This document shows positions 37,883-48,817 of a stretch of DNA of 64,000 bases, one piece after another (the stretch's first letter is position 1; each line of letters begins with the position of its first letter). The stretch comes from a virus: IMG/VR virus record IMGVR_UViG_3300027718_000185. One strand, 5' to 3'. A program made the position numbers and the translations under genes. Below the pieces are notes generated by a model. It saw only the letters and a program-made list of their open reading frames with translations. It searched no databases and was not told where the DNA came from.

Positions 37883-37995
37883 CTTTGTGTTCAAAAAAGA
37901 ACTACTGGAAGTTGGTTATTTTTAATGACTTAGCATATTACCATTTGTGATTACATTCTGTTACAGTAATAGAAATTTATAACAAATGGTAAAAC

Positions 37996-38517
37996 ATGAA
38001 AAAATCTACTTTAGGCTGGGGTGCCGCTGGATTAGTAGCTTTAGGGATTTTTGGTTCAGGCAATGATAACTCTCCAAAACAAACTTCAGACTCAGAAAAT
38101 GCACAGAGTTCAGTAGAGGAAGTTATTGAATCAAAATATATCAACACTAATTCTTTAAATATTAGAGATAAGCCGAACGGTAATGTAGTAGACAAGCTAG
38201 GACATGGAGAGAAAGTTGATATTTATGAGAAGAAAGGAAACTGGGCACGTATCTCCTTAAATTCATCTTCACCTCAGTGGGTATCAACAAAACTATTATG
38301 TGAAACGGATGGTTGTTTTAAGCAAAAGTCTCGATCAACCACATCAAATAATTATCAGGCCTTAAAATCTAATCCTCATCATTCTGAAAGAAAACAGAAA
38401 AAAACCTACTACGACAGTGATTGTTCATGTGCTGTAGTGGATTATTGCGTGGGTCCAAGAGGTGGGCACTACTGTATTACAAGTGGAGGAAACAAGAGGT
38501 ATAAGCCTAGATATTAG
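37996..38517 (+). CDS. SH3b-domain envelope protein with Cys-rich tail (moron)
   Basis: LNIRDKPNG...GEKVDIYEKKGNWARI; CSC...CVGPRGGHYCITSGGNKRY. Confidence 0.75.
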   Translation: MKKSTLGWGAAGLVALGIFGSGNDNSPKQTSDSENAQSSVEEVIESKYINTNSLNIRDKPNGNVVDKLGHGEKVDIYEKKGNWARISLNSSSPQWVSTKLLCETDGCFKQKSRSTTSNNYQALKSNPHHSERKQKKTYYDSDCSCAVVDYCVGPRGGHYCITSGGNKRYKPRY

Positions 38518-38614
38518 CTATTTTGAATTATGAAACCTCCATTTTGAGAGGTTTTTTTATGTCTTATTCACTACCACCTCATCGGTGGTTTTTTTATATC
38601 AATAGGAATCACTT

Positions 38615-38968
38615 ATGAGCAATTTTGTTTTTAAACGTGGTGACACATTCAACTTGAATTTGCAGCTAGTCGATATGGATGAAACTCTGCAATATCCTGC
38701 CGATGATGTGCGACGTGCAATTAACCTAACCGGTTATACCTTTACATCACAAGTTAAGGCTTTAGATACAGGTGTAGCAGTGGCCACTTTAACTTGTTCG
38801 CTTTTAAACCAGACATCACAAAAAGGCTGGCTTAACGTGAAGTCAGGTGCAAGTACCAGTGCATGGCCATTGGGCTTGGTACAGATGGATATTAAAGGGG
38901 TTGTCAATGGTGTAACTCAACACACCGAAACTTTGACTTTTCAGGTAGTTGATGGGGTAACAGCATAA
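38615..38968 (+). CDS. Tail fibre adaptor-like protein
   Basis: FKRGDTFNL...TFTSQV; coupled to the next gene. Confidence 0.5.
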   Translation: MSNFVFKRGDTFNLNLQLVDMDETLQYPADDVRRAINLTGYTFTSQVKALDTGVAVATLTCSLLNQTSQKGWLNVKSGASTSAWPLGLVQMDIKGVVNGVTQHTETLTFQVVDGVTA

Positions 38969-40272
38969 TGGCAAATCTGGTATTCAAGTTTAATTGGGAT
39001 CATCGGCCTTATCCATTTAATTCCGCACAAGGCAAAATGCAGTTTATGTTGCCTTTTGCATCGGGAATTCCAAATTTAAACCCTCAGCTGTCTCAAGTTC
39101 AGGGAGCGGGAACAGCTGCAGCAGGTACACTTACCACATCTTATTCTGATGATACGATTGGTCGCGTTCTTAGAGTGGGTGATTTTGGTTTAGGCAAACC
39201 ACTTCGAAATACGGATGCTGGTGGAACTAATTTAAATGATCTGACTATAGTTGGTTTCTATGGTAATGATACATTCGCTAGCGCAACCATGGCTCTAAAC
39301 TTCCCAGAAACTAGTACAGTGGGCACTCTGATTGTTACAAGTATTGCAGGATCAAACACTTACCGAAATCAACTTTATATTTCTGCTTCGAGCGGCCGTA
39401 TCTGGTATCGATCCACTTCAGATTTAGCAACGTGGACACCATGGAAGCGGTTAATTGATTCTAGCTCAGGGGATTACCAGCGTTTACTAAATAATGGTTT
39501 CGCAACAAGTAAATTATTAACAGCTTCTCCTTTAGCAGACAATGATAGTGGTGGAACATACATAGGTTTACAAAGTGTTGGGGCTAATGCCCAGGCAGCA
39601 GGCGATTACCCTGTAAATATTGCTCAATTTATTATCGGTATGAATACTGGTAATGCGAGTGAACATACTGCAAATATTAGTATCGGAACTTCTGCTAATT
39701 ACTTCGGATTCAGAAGAAAGACTTATCAAGGCGCTTACTCACAGTGGTATGCATTGCGTGGTGAACATAACACCACGGTTGATGGATCAGGATTCATCAA
39801 AGCCGCGTCTCCAGTTGTAAAACTATTCAGTGATTATATTGAACTGAATACTGATGCCGAAAAACAGCCAATTACTTTCGAAAAGCATGGAATTGGTGAT
39901 TACCTGATTAAAGGCTCACTAGGATTTGCACAGGAAGGTTGGTATGTCGAAGTACCGAAAGATGCCAATGGCAATACGGTTGTCGCCGTTGTCTATGAAA
40001 CGCTAGAGAATGGTGATATTTCCATTAAAACCTACAAACGTAAGTTTGATCTGGAACAGGCTGCAATTGTGGCTGATCTGGAAAACCCTATGGATATTCC
40101 TTTCTCTCGCTGGATCGATATCCGTTTACATGAGGAACCAGAGTCAGAACCGGAAGAACCCTTAAGTGAAACACCTGCTGAGTTCCAGCCCACTAACTTA
40201 TCTCAAGCTGTAGCTGCTGCAATGGAAGGTATTGAACCACCAGAAATACAGGACACAAACGAAACACTTTAA
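38968..40272 (+). CDS. Side tail fibre with pyocin-knob-like and C-terminal chaperone-like domains
   Basis: GRVLRVGDFGLG, GRIWYR...WTPWK, VDGSGFIKAASP, RWIDIRL. Confidence 0.72.
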   Translation: MANLVFKFNWDHRPYPFNSAQGKMQFMLPFASGIPNLNPQLSQVQGAGTAAAGTLTTSYSDDTIGRVLRVGDFGLGKPLRNTDAGGTNLNDLTIVGFYGNDTFASATMALNFPETSTVGTLIVTSIAGSNTYRNQLYISASSGRIWYRSTSDLATWTPWKRLIDSSSGDYQRLLNNGFATSKLLTASPLADNDSGGTYIGLQSVGANAQAAGDYPVNIAQFIIGMNTGNASEHTANISIGTSANYFGFRRKTYQGAYSQWYALRGEHNTTVDGSGFIKAASPVVKLFSDYIELNTDAEKQPITFEKHGIGDYLIKGSLGFAQEGWYVEVPKDANGNTVVAVVYETLENGDISIKTYKRKFDLEQAAIVADLENPMDIPFSRWIDIRLHEEPESEPEEPLSETPAEFQPTNLSQAVAAAMEGIEPPEIQDTNETL

Positions 40273-40324
40273 TAACCCGCTAACTCAGCGGGTTTTTTAT
40301 TGCCTAAATTTTGGAGAACTATAA

Positions 40325-41242
40325 ATGAGTTCAGGCGCAAAAATTCGATTATATGCTTGTGAAGAAGCAGTATTAGGGACAACTCCAGCAAATCCAGTCT
40401 GGTACACCGTTCGCCGTGTTACTGATAGTTTGACTGAAAATGTAACAACTGAAGATAGCAGTGAAGTAGTTGATTCACGTTTTCGCCAAGGTGCTGTTGT
40501 AACGGAAGCCGAAGTAACTGGTCAACTAGAGTTTGAATTATCACTCGGTACCTTTGACTTATTCTTAAATGTTCTTGCTTTCAATAACTGGGCTGCAAAT
40601 GCTTTAAGTTTTGGTGGTGGAGTACGTAAGTCTCTTACCTTGGTAAAAGTCTTTGAAGATATAGGTCAAGTCTTTATTTACCGCGGTATTCAAGTGAATA
40701 CAGGTGAAATGACGATCCAGACCACAGGCAAAATCACTGGTAACTTTGGTTTAGTAGGTAGCTCATTTACGCGACAGCAGGTTAATCCTGTTACCAATCC
40801 TATTCCAGCATCCACTCGCCCTCTGGTGAGTATGCCGAATGTTGAAAAGCTACTTATTAATGGCCAATCAATTCAGGGTAAAGCTTGTCTGCAGACGCTC
40901 ACCATCAACTTTAGTAATAATCTGGAAGCGATCCGTTGTATCGGTTCAGGTAAGTACACGCCTGAGTTCTACTTAGAAAAAATGATGGATATTGGTGTAA
41001 ATGCCAATTTCATGTTCTCAGCAACATCGGCAGCTTGGATTGATGCAATCAAGACTCGTGATGTATTCACGTTGTCCTTTGATATTACCGATAGCAAGGG
41101 AAGTAAGTACTCATTTAACTTCCCGCAACTTGAGGTTAAGGAAGCGAACCACCCGGATGGTGGTGGAGATGACATTATCACTATAGACATCAACTTTGCC
41201 CAAGTCCGCACAACTCCAACGATTGTGCGTGCTCTTGTGTAA
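40325..41242 (+). CDS. Major tail (tube) protein
   Basis: Synteny before chaperone and TMP; EAVLGTTP...RRVTDSL. Confidence 0.8.
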   Translation: MSSGAKIRLYACEEAVLGTTPANPVWYTVRRVTDSLTENVTTEDSSEVVDSRFRQGAVVTEAEVTGQLEFELSLGTFDLFLNVLAFNNWAANALSFGGGVRKSLTLVKVFEDIGQVFIYRGIQVNTGEMTIQTTGKITGNFGLVGSSFTRQQVNPVTNPIPASTRPLVSMPNVEKLLINGQSIQGKACLQTLTINFSNNLEAIRCIGSGKYTPEFYLEKMMDIGVNANFMFSATSAAWIDAIKTRDVFTLSFDITDSKGSKYSFNFPQLEVKEANHPDGGGDDIITIDINFAQVRTTPTIVRALV

Positions 41243-41312
41243 TCCAAATTGATTAACCTTAAAGCCTATGTAGTTCCATGGGCTTTTTATTTCTTAAATT
41301 TTAGAGGTAGGT

Positions 41313-41828
41313 ATGGCTTTAAAAGTCGGAATTATTCAAAGCTCAGAAGTGTCTAAATGGTGTGAGTTTAAAGGCATAGATAGTCAAGTGCAGGCAGAGT
41401 TTAAAGTCCGTGGTATCGCATATAAGCCTTTTCAGGTAGCCATTGAGCGTGCAGGTAATCAAATCTCATCTAAAGGTTATGACGTGATGGCGAACGATCC
41501 ATCGGCAAAGCTGTACCATGAGCTTTTGATGGATGCTTGCGCAGCTCACTTAATTGAGGACTGGAAAGGTGTGGTATTTGCACAAGTTGTTGATGGAAAG
41601 ACTGTAGAAACTGAAATGCCTTATACACCAGAGAATGCTTCAAAATTACTGAATATGGGCGACATTGGTATTTCAATCTGGTTATTCATGAAAGAACAAG
41701 CACAAAAGATCCAGGAAGAAGCTGATAAAGAAAAGGCTTTAATTCTGGGAAAGTCATCGAGCTCTACAAATACCAAAAATCGTATGCGTCGAAAACGCCG
41801 CACGAAATCGAACAAATCAAATTCTTAG
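41313..41828 (+). CDS. Tail assembly chaperone (gpG-like)
   Basis: Between tube and TMP; contains G GGA AAG slippery site. Confidence 0.78.
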   Translation: MALKVGIIQSSEVSKWCEFKGIDSQVQAEFKVRGIAYKPFQVAIERAGNQISSKGYDVMANDPSAKLYHELLMDACAAHLIEDWKGVVFAQVVDGKTVETEMPYTPENASKLLNMGDIGISIWLFMKEQAQKIQEEADKEKALILGKSSSSTNTKNRMRRKRRTKSNKSNS

Positions 41829-42073
41829 GTGGACATATCCCAGATCCACCAGAATATTCTTATGCAGCTGATTCAATTCTTGCGGCTTTTAGCACGATTA
41901 TCAGATCTAGACGATATGAGCAGGGCATTCCGCTATGTTTAGATCAGCAGGCTATCAATGTCTATGCTGAGCATAATGATTTGCCTGTTGATGCTCATAT
42001 CTTTAATGACTGTATTTTTGCTTTGGATAATCTTTTTGTGACTGAGCTACATAAAAGAGTACATAAAATTTGA
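41747..42073 (+). other. -1 programmed frameshift site GGGAAAG and gpT-like extension
   Basis: Heptamer at 41747-41753 identical to lambda G/T site; -1 frame open for 108 codons (KVIELYKYQ...KRVHKI) with no ATG. Confidence 0.85.
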
Positions 42074-42142
42074 GATTTAAATTTTAAGATCTTAAAGATG
42101 GTAAATATCTTAATCCCATCTTTAAGACCTTATTAAATAAGG

Positions 42143-43033
42143 TTATTTTAATTTACTCTCTTTATCTTCTTGATTAATAATTTGAATATCTTCTAATTTA
42201 ACTAATTTTGTAGTTTGTTCTTTGTTAACCGCTATACATGCTTCTTTATTACAGATATTAGTTAATCGAAATGTATCCTTAACGTTACTTTCTTTTTCAT
42301 CAATTTTTGGAAAATAATTAAAACTTGTCTTGGCAATATTGAGTTGAGGATCGAAACTTCTCTTAAAGTTATTTTCAGCATCTTGAAATCCAGTTTTCTG
42401 TAGATTCATACCTACACGAAACATTGATAAAATAATTAAAACAATACCAATTAGGAAAAAATAATATATTCCTAATCTTAGTACAATATAAGAGCCAAGC
42501 TCTCTATTGTCGTCGCCATAAATAGTATTTTTAATTTGAGAGAAACTCATTTTGTTTTTATATAAAAAATTTTGTGTGAATAAATAGGGTTTTGTTTTAG
42601 ATAATCTAAATTTACTTGTTTCAGTAGTATGTTCCTTTTTTTTGATTAAAAGGGGGTGGCGGGGATGGGAAGAAAGATACTTATATTTAACTCTTCTTTT
42701 GCCATGAAAGATTGGGTATAAAAGAAAAATAATTGCAGCTACAATTGCTGTTGTCATGCAATTGATAGCATAACTTGCATCTCTACTAGTAAAACCAGAT
42801 AGAAAAGCAACAAAAATTATAAACACTATAAAGTACAAAAATTTATCAATACCAACAATAAGTCCATCTATTAAAGTCATTGGAATGGTCATTTCAAAAA
42901 AACTTATTGAAATACCAAAATAATCTAAATATCCGTAATTATACCAATAGCCACACCAAAATAAGAATGAAGTAGTAAGAGTAATTAGTATTGCAGTATC
43001 TATATTAAAGCTAAATTTCATAATATTGTTCAC
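42143..43033 (-). CDS. Multi-TM membrane moron in antisense orientation
   Basis: About four hydrophobic segments; very AT-rich. Confidence 0.62.
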   Translation of the reverse strand: MNNIMKFSFNIDTAILITLTTSFLFWCGYWYNYGYLDYFGISISFFEMTIPMTLIDGLIVGIDKFLYFIVFIIFVAFLSGFTSRDASYAINCMTTAIVAAIIFLLYPIFHGKRRVKYKYLSSHPRHPLLIKKKEHTTETSKFRLSKTKPYLFTQNFLYKNKMSFSQIKNTIYGDDNRELGSYIVLRLGIYYFFLIGIVLIILSMFRVGMNLQKTGFQDAENNFKRSFDPQLNIAKTSFNYFPKIDEKESNVKDTFRLTNICNKEACIAVNKEQTTKLVKLEDIQIINQEDKESKLK

Positions 43034-43169
43034 TTCAAATATCTAAAAAATATAAATATCTATTTATATCGAATTCTATAATTAGTGTTAGGTTTTAAAA
43101 AGTGCTTTTAGATTATTAATTCCCTAACTCGCGTAAGCGGGTTTTTTATTGCCTAGAGGAAAGTAAAAA

Positions 43170-46100
43170 ATGGCACAAGAATCCCGTCTGGTTATTGTTA
43201 TTGATTCGCAAAATGCTGAACGTAATGCGCGTAATCTAGGCAATGAACTCGATAGCATTGAGCGCAAAGGTGATCATGCATCAAAATCTATGGATGGCTT
43301 ATCAGTAGCCACACGTGCACTAGCTGGATATATGGCAGGTTTGGTTACTGTAGGTGCAGCCATCTCTAAAATGGATACTTACACAGGGCTTCAGAACCGG
43401 CTTAAGTTAGTTACAAATGGTCAGGTTGAGCTGAATAAAGCAACAGAAGATACATTCCGAATTGCTCAAAAAACCTATTCTGCTTGGGATTCTGTCTTAC
43501 AGGTTTACCAGCGCTTTAGTGATAATGCGAAGACACTAAACTTGACCATGGATGATACAGCTCGTTTGACAGAGACTGTGTCGAAAGCTGTAGCAATTAG
43601 TGGCGCAAGTGCAGCGGCTGCCGATGCCGCATTAGTGCAGTTTGGTCAAGCCTTGGCAAGTGGAACATTGCGGGGTGAAGAACTTAACTCTGTAATGGAG
43701 CAAACCCCAGCATTAGCTAAAGCAATCGCACAGGGTATGGGTATTACCGTCGGCCAATTACGTTCAGTAGCAGCAGAAGGAAAGATTACTTCAAAAGAAA
43801 TCGTTAAAGCCCTTAAAAATGTCCAAGATGATGTGGATGCGCTGTTTGCTAAAACCGATATAACTATTGGTCAATCACTCACACTTTTAAATAACGAAAT
43901 CACTAAATTTGTGGGTGAGGCTGGTAAAGGTAGTGGTGCTGCACAGGTTTTAGCTGGATCCGTACAGACTCTGGCTGGAAATCTGGATTTAATTGCGGAT
44001 GGTGCATTGGTTGTTGGTATAGGTTATATCACACGTGCAATTTTGATGAAGAGCACAGCAGTTAAAGAGGGAATGGCATCAACATTAGCGAGTCGCCAAG
44101 CATCTATATTAAACGCTCAAGCAGAATTTGCAGAAGCTACAGCTACTTTGAATGCAGCCAAAGCGCACCTTGCGAATGTCCGAGCTACAAATGCAGAAAC
44201 CCAAGCCAAATTTGGCGCTACTGCAGCGGCTACTCGATATGCACAGGCACAAGCCGCAGTAACTGCTGCTACAAATGCACAAACCGCTGCCCAAACAAAA
44301 CTCTCAGCAGCCTCTTCTTTAGTTGGCAGTGTTGGCAGTCGTGCTTTAGGTCTTATAGGTGGCCCAATTGGAGCAATTACTTTAGGTGTATCCGCTCTGG
44401 CTGCAACATATACTTATTTTAAAGGTAAGGCAGAAGAAGCGAATAGAACACTTGCCGAACAAGCCGAAGTGGCTAACCGTACTGCTGTGGAACTAAAAGG
44501 CTTAAAAGGTGAAGCCAAAACCAAAGCTATTAACGATTTAACAGCAGCCTTTAAAGCTCAAAATGAGGAGCTGAAAAAAACAGAAATGGCTGTAGGTTCT
44601 GCGTTAATTGATATCCAGAACTATGGTAAGGGAAATGTTGAATTTACTCGGATTTCAAATGAAGCGCGACTAGGCACAATTAATTACAAGGAAGCTTTGG
44701 AGCAACTTGCTAAACAGAAGTTACCTCCAAGTTTAAGGGATGCATTAAAGGACCAAATCGACAAATATAATGAGGCTTATGAAAAGGCAGATAAGACCAA
44801 AACAGCCATTAAATTGTTTGGTATCGAAGTTACCTTAACGGGTAACAGAGCACAAAATGCAGCAATTGAGCAGCAGAAGCATGCTGATGCTATCAAGAAT
44901 ACAAAACAGGCTGCAGATGAGGCGCAAAAGTCCTTACAGAAAATGTATGCAGATAAATTGTGGGATACGCAATTTGTCGAGATAGTAATGAAAAAGGGTT
45001 TTTCTGAGTCTCAGGCTAATGACTTACTGAAGCTTTATAAAGATTCATTAGCCAAGGGTCTTAAGGCAGCAGACCAAGAGGCTATGAAATCATTAACGGA
45101 TAGCTGGAAAGCAGAAGAATCAATCAAAGCCATCACAGATGCTAGAACTGATTCTATACGTGAGCAAAACAAGGAGCTTAAAAATCAGCAAAAAGTACTG
45201 AGTGTTAATGCGAAAGTCCTAGCAAATGCTTCAAAATTTGGATTTGCAGATCTGGAGTCTAAATATAAACTTCCATCAGGAACATTATCCGCGATTCATA
45301 TGATCGAATCTCGAGGTAATGCAAAAGCCTATAATAAAGAAACTGGGGCTACTGGTGGATTCCAGTTTCTCGAAGGTACTGCCAAGCAATATGGCGTAAA
45401 AGACCGCACTGATTTAGCGCAGTCTGCTGAAGGTGCTGCTAAGTACATGTCTTATCTTTTGAAACTTTTTAAAGGCGATTTAGAGAAGGCTGTACGTGCA
45501 TACCATGCAGGTGAAGGCAATGTAATGAAGGGTAAAGGTATTGGTAAAAATAATAATCAATACTGGAAAGATTATCAAAGTTATATGGCTGGTATTAATA
45601 GCTATTCTGCTGGTGATATCTCATCAAAAGAGTTTGGTAAGCTTATTCAAGATACAACTAAAATGGCCGAGGAGCAGGCAAAACTTCGTCTTCAATTAGA
45701 GAATGAGGTTGCTAATCAAGTAACAAAGATTAGGAATGATCTGGCCAAAAAGCTTGAGGATGTTGATAAAGCTAACTTTAGCCCGGAACGCAAGGCCGAA
45801 ATTAAAGCAGAACTTCAAGCACGTGCAGATAATGATATTGCTATTGCTGAGCAAGCTACAAAGACTAAGCTTGATTCATTCCGTGATTTCACCAAGTCGG
45901 AAGAGCAGCTTTTAAAAGACAGTTTTGCAAAACGGCAGTTTGATGCTGAGCATGATCTAGAGTTGACTAAAGAACAGCGAAAAGAAGCTATTGATATTTT
46001 GGCTCAACAATTAAGACAAGAGATTGCATTAGTAAAATTGGCTCAAGAGCAGCGTTTATTTCAAGCTAAACAAGCTTTATTGACAGAAACCCAAGCCATG

Positions 46101-47504
46101 CAGGAACGTTATAGACTGGAAAGAGAGGAGATTCTTAAAAATACTAAGCTTTCCATTGAAGAGCGTCAAAAACTAATCGCACTATCTAAGGCAACTCAGG
46201 ACAAAGAGACACGCGATAAGGTGAATAACGCTGTTCAAAACTGGGGTGGTATTCAGGCTGACATGAATGGTACCAGTGAGTTCTTTAGACAGGATCAGGA
46301 ACGGTTTAGCCGTTTAGGTGCTGCCAATGATCTTGCAGATAGTCAATATGCTGCCACTGATCTTAATGAACAAAATAGTTTAGACAATCTGAATGCACAG
46401 ATGGAAGCTGGATTAATTCAGCAACAGGATTTTGAAAATCAGAAGACTGCCATTATTCAAGCTGCTCAAGAGCAAAGAAGTCAAATTTACAATGAATATG
46501 CCCAGAACACTAAGGACATTGAAGACAAATATCATCAAGATAGATTAAACGCACAGATTGCTCTTGGTGGGCAAATGATGGGTTCAGTCACATCAATGTT
46601 CGGCTCCATGTTTGGTGAACAATCCAAAGCCTATAAGCTCATGTTTGCGGCAGATAAGGCTTATGCAATTGCAGCTGCAGGTATTGCTATTCAGCAAAAT
46701 ATCGCAGCAGCTGCGAAAGTCGGTTTTCCATATAACTTACCTTTAATAGCTGGGGCCGTTGCACAAGGTGCCAGCATTATTGCAAATATTCGGGCAATTA
46801 AAGATCAAGGCTTTGCTGAGGGTGGTTTTACTGGGCGAGGTGGCAAATATGAAGTTGCGGGAGCTGTACACAAAGGTGAAATCGTATGGTCTCAAGAAGA
46901 CATTAAACGATGGGGCGGTGTGGGCTTAGTTGAGAAAATGCGTAAGAGTGCAAACCCTGAAGCTTTCCTCAGCAACAATGCATCAGCTAAAAATGTCTTG
47001 AACCGAGCAATGATGAGCTCTAATGCCCTTATGGAAAGTCAAAAGCAATCTGACATCTTTAATCAACCAGTTCAGGATGGCCAGATTATTTATAAAGGCA
47101 ATACAAATGCTGCTAAATATTCTAATTCAGCAATGTCCGATCTTTATCATGACGGAAAAGTTTACTTCTCTTCAAATGGTTTAGTTCAGGATCGTTCAAA
47201 TATTGATGATGTGCAGGACTTTACCTTAGGGCAAACTTCACGTCCTCAAGCTGAGATTATGCCTTCAATCGAACCTGCTTCACCGACTATCAATTTCAAG
47301 ATTGAAGTAGTTAATCAGGTAAAAGGGGCAACTGTTGAAGCTGAACAACTGGATGAGAAAACAGTGCGGATCATTGTTAAAGATGAACTGGATAAGCAGC
47401 TTCCAAGAGCGGTACCGAAACTGGTAAGTGAGGATATTAAAAATCCGAACTCAACTATTAGTCGGTCATTGACTGAGAATACGACCGTAAGGCGAAATCG
47501 TTAA
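43170..47504 (+). CDS. Tape measure protein with internal SLT transglycosylase domain
   Basis: 1444 aa, Ala-rich; LRGEELNSVMEQ; MIESRG...GGFQF...AYHAGEG at ~45250-45535. Confidence 0.92.
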   Translation: MAQESRLVIVIDSQNAERNARNLGNELDSIERKGDHASKSMDGLSVATRALAGYMAGLVTVGAAISKMDTYTGLQNRLKLVTNGQVELNKATEDTFRIAQKTYSAWDSVLQVYQRFSDNAKTLNLTMDDTARLTETVSKAVAISGASAAAADAALVQFGQALASGTLRGEELNSVMEQTPALAKAIAQGMGITVGQLRSVAAEGKITSKEIVKALKNVQDDVDALFAKTDITIGQSLTLLNNEITKFVGEAGKGSGAAQVLAGSVQTLAGNLDLIADGALVVGIGYITRAILMKSTAVKEGMASTLASRQASILNAQAEFAEATATLNAAKAHLANVRATNAETQAKFGATAAATRYAQAQAAVTAATNAQTAAQTKLSAASSLVGSVGSRALGLIGGPIGAITLGVSALAATYTYFKGKAEEANRTLAEQAEVANRTAVELKGLKGEAKTKAINDLTAAFKAQNEELKKTEMAVGSALIDIQNYGKGNVEFTRISNEARLGTINYKEALEQLAKQKLPPSLRDALKDQIDKYNEAYEKADKTKTAIKLFGIEVTLTGNRAQNAAIEQQKHADAIKNTKQAADEAQKSLQKMYADKLWDTQFVEIVMKKGFSESQANDLLKLYKDSLAKGLKAADQEAMKSLTDSWKAEESIKAITDARTDSIREQNKELKNQQKVLSVNAKVLANASKFGFADLESKYKLPSGTLSAIHMIESRGNAKAYNKETGATGGFQFLEGTAKQYGVKDRTDLAQSAEGAAKYMSYLLKLFKGDLEKAVRAYHAGEGNVMKGKGIGKNNNQYWKDYQSYMAGINSYSAGDISSKEFGKLIQDTTKMAEEQAKLRLQLENEVANQVTKIRNDLAKKLEDVDKANFSPERKAEIKAELQARADNDIAIAEQATKTKLDSFRDFTKSEEQLLKDSFAKRQFDAEHDLELTKEQRKEAIDILAQQLRQEIALVKLAQEQRLFQAKQALLTETQAMQERYRLEREEILKNTKLSIEERQKLIALSKATQDKETRDKVNNAVQNWGGIQADMNGTSEFFRQDQERFSRLGAANDLADSQYAATDLNEQNSLDNLNAQMEAGLIQQQDFENQKTAIIQAAQEQRSQIYNEYAQNTKDIEDKYHQDRLNAQIALGGQMMGSVTSMFGSMFGEQSKAYKLMFAADKAYAIAAAGIAIQQNIAAAAKVGFPYNLPLIAGAVAQGASIIANIRAIKDQGFAEGGFTGRGGKYEVAGAVHKGEIVWSQEDIKRWGGVGLVEKMRKSANPEAFLSNNASAKNVLNRAMMSSNALMESQKQSDIFNQPVQDGQIIYKGNTNAAKYSNSAMSDLYHDGKVYFSSNGLVQDRSNIDDVQDFTLGQTSRPQAEIMPSIEPASPTINFKIEVVNQVKGATVEAEQLDEKTVRIIVKDELDKQLPRAVPKLVSEDIKNPNSTISRSLTENTTVRRNR

Positions 47505-47553
47505 TTATTAAGACCACCTTTCGAGGTGGTTTTTTATTACCTGAAGGAAAGTT

Positions 47554-47952
47554 ATGTACAAGTTAAAGCTAAATCCTCAAACAAATGGCTATGGCGTAAC
47601 ACCGGGTGATGATGTAAAGCGTCAGCAAATGGATGGAGGACGTGGACGCTATTACATCGATGTCAAACGTAATAGCCATATTGTCGATGTGAACTGGAAT
47701 TTAAGTAAAACCGATTTCAATAAGATGATGGCTTTCTGGCGTGTTTACCAAAACAAGCCAGCCTCGTTTTATGCGGATCTGGTCATTGACCAGGGAGCAC
47801 GCCAGCAATACCAATGTAACTTTATTCCGAACTCGTTTAAGACCAACGAAGTAAATGGAAATCTTTACCGGGTAACTGCCCAGCTAGAAGTTATTCAGAA
47901 TCAGCCAAACCTTACAGCTGATGCAGTATTGATTAAAGATTGGGAGGTCTAA
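47554..47952 (+). CDS. Distal tail protein (gpM-like)
   Basis: Follows TMP. Confidence 0.6.
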   Translation: MYKLKLNPQTNGYGVTPGDDVKRQQMDGGRGRYYIDVKRNSHIVDVNWNLSKTDFNKMMAFWRVYQNKPASFYADLVIDQGARQQYQCNFIPNSFKTNEVNGNLYRVTAQLEVIQNQPNLTADAVLIKDWEV

Positions 47953-48458
47953 TGGATAACGAATATGCCAAGTTCTTTCTCAATCGCAAAGTCGATATCT
48001 ATCAACTAGAGTGTATTGAGTTATCACATCCATCTTTTCTAAATATATATCGGGTTGTTCGCAACAATGATCAGGGTGTCTATGTCCAGCATAAAGAAGG
48101 ATCAGGACAAGTCTTTTATGAATATCTACCCATGTCTATCCAAAGATCTGGAATGTTGGGTGATCTGGACCAGACCTTAACTGTTTCAATTTCAGGACTT
48201 GGTGATGTCTTGCCGGATGAGTTTGAAAGGGTAATTGAAGGGCAATATTCAGACGTTAAGCCTACCGTAAATTATCGGCTCTATAGTTCAGACAACTTGA
48301 ATACACCAATCCATTATTTGTTAGGACTGAAACTTTCAGGCATATCAATGAATCATAAAGCTGTGACATTCAAGGCTGAATCACCACGATTAAATACTGC
48401 GAAGACTGGAGATATTTTTGCACTGGATCGCTTTAGTGGTCTGAAGGGGGCTGTATGA
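47952..48458 (+). CDS. Tail tip protein (DUF1833/gpL-like)
   Basis: LECIELSHPSF; synteny. Confidence 0.62.
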   Translation: MDNEYAKFFLNRKVDIYQLECIELSHPSFLNIYRVVRNNDQGVYVQHKEGSGQVFYEYLPMSIQRSGMLGDLDQTLTVSISGLGDVLPDEFERVIEGQYSDVKPTVNYRLYSSDNLNTPIHYLLGLKLSGISMNHKAVTFKAESPRLNTAKTGDIFALDRFSGLKGAV

Positions 48459-48817
48459 ATAGTCATGATCATTTACTTGATAAGCAATATAACGAGGAGC
48501 AGTACAACTGCGTTCATTTTGCCCATGAAGCTGCTTTAGATCTATATGGAATAGATCGGCGTGAAGCTTTGGATTTATTCATGCAACCTAAGGGCAAAAT
48601 TACATTCCTACCATCAAGATTGAAACTTTTAAATCCGCTGCCCATGCCGAAGGAGGGCTGTATTGTCGCCTTCCATCCTAGACAAAGAAATAAGCCCCCG
48701 CATGTGGGGCTTTTTCGTTTAGGCCGTGTACTGCATTTAATGGAAGGTGGAGTCACTTATTTAGCTGAAGACGTTATCAGAGCAATGGGGTTTAGTCGGG
48801 TCAGTTACTATGATTAA
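48455..48817 (+). CDS. NlpC/P60-like tail assembly protein (gpK-like)
   Basis: YNCVHFA...PHVGLF...VLHL. Confidence 0.75.
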   Translation: MNSHDHLLDKQYNEEQYNCVHFAHEAALDLYGIDRREALDLFMQPKGKITFLPSRLKLLNPLPMPKEGCIVAFHPRQRNKPPHVGLFRLGRVLHLMEGGVTYLAEDVIRAMGFSRVSYYD

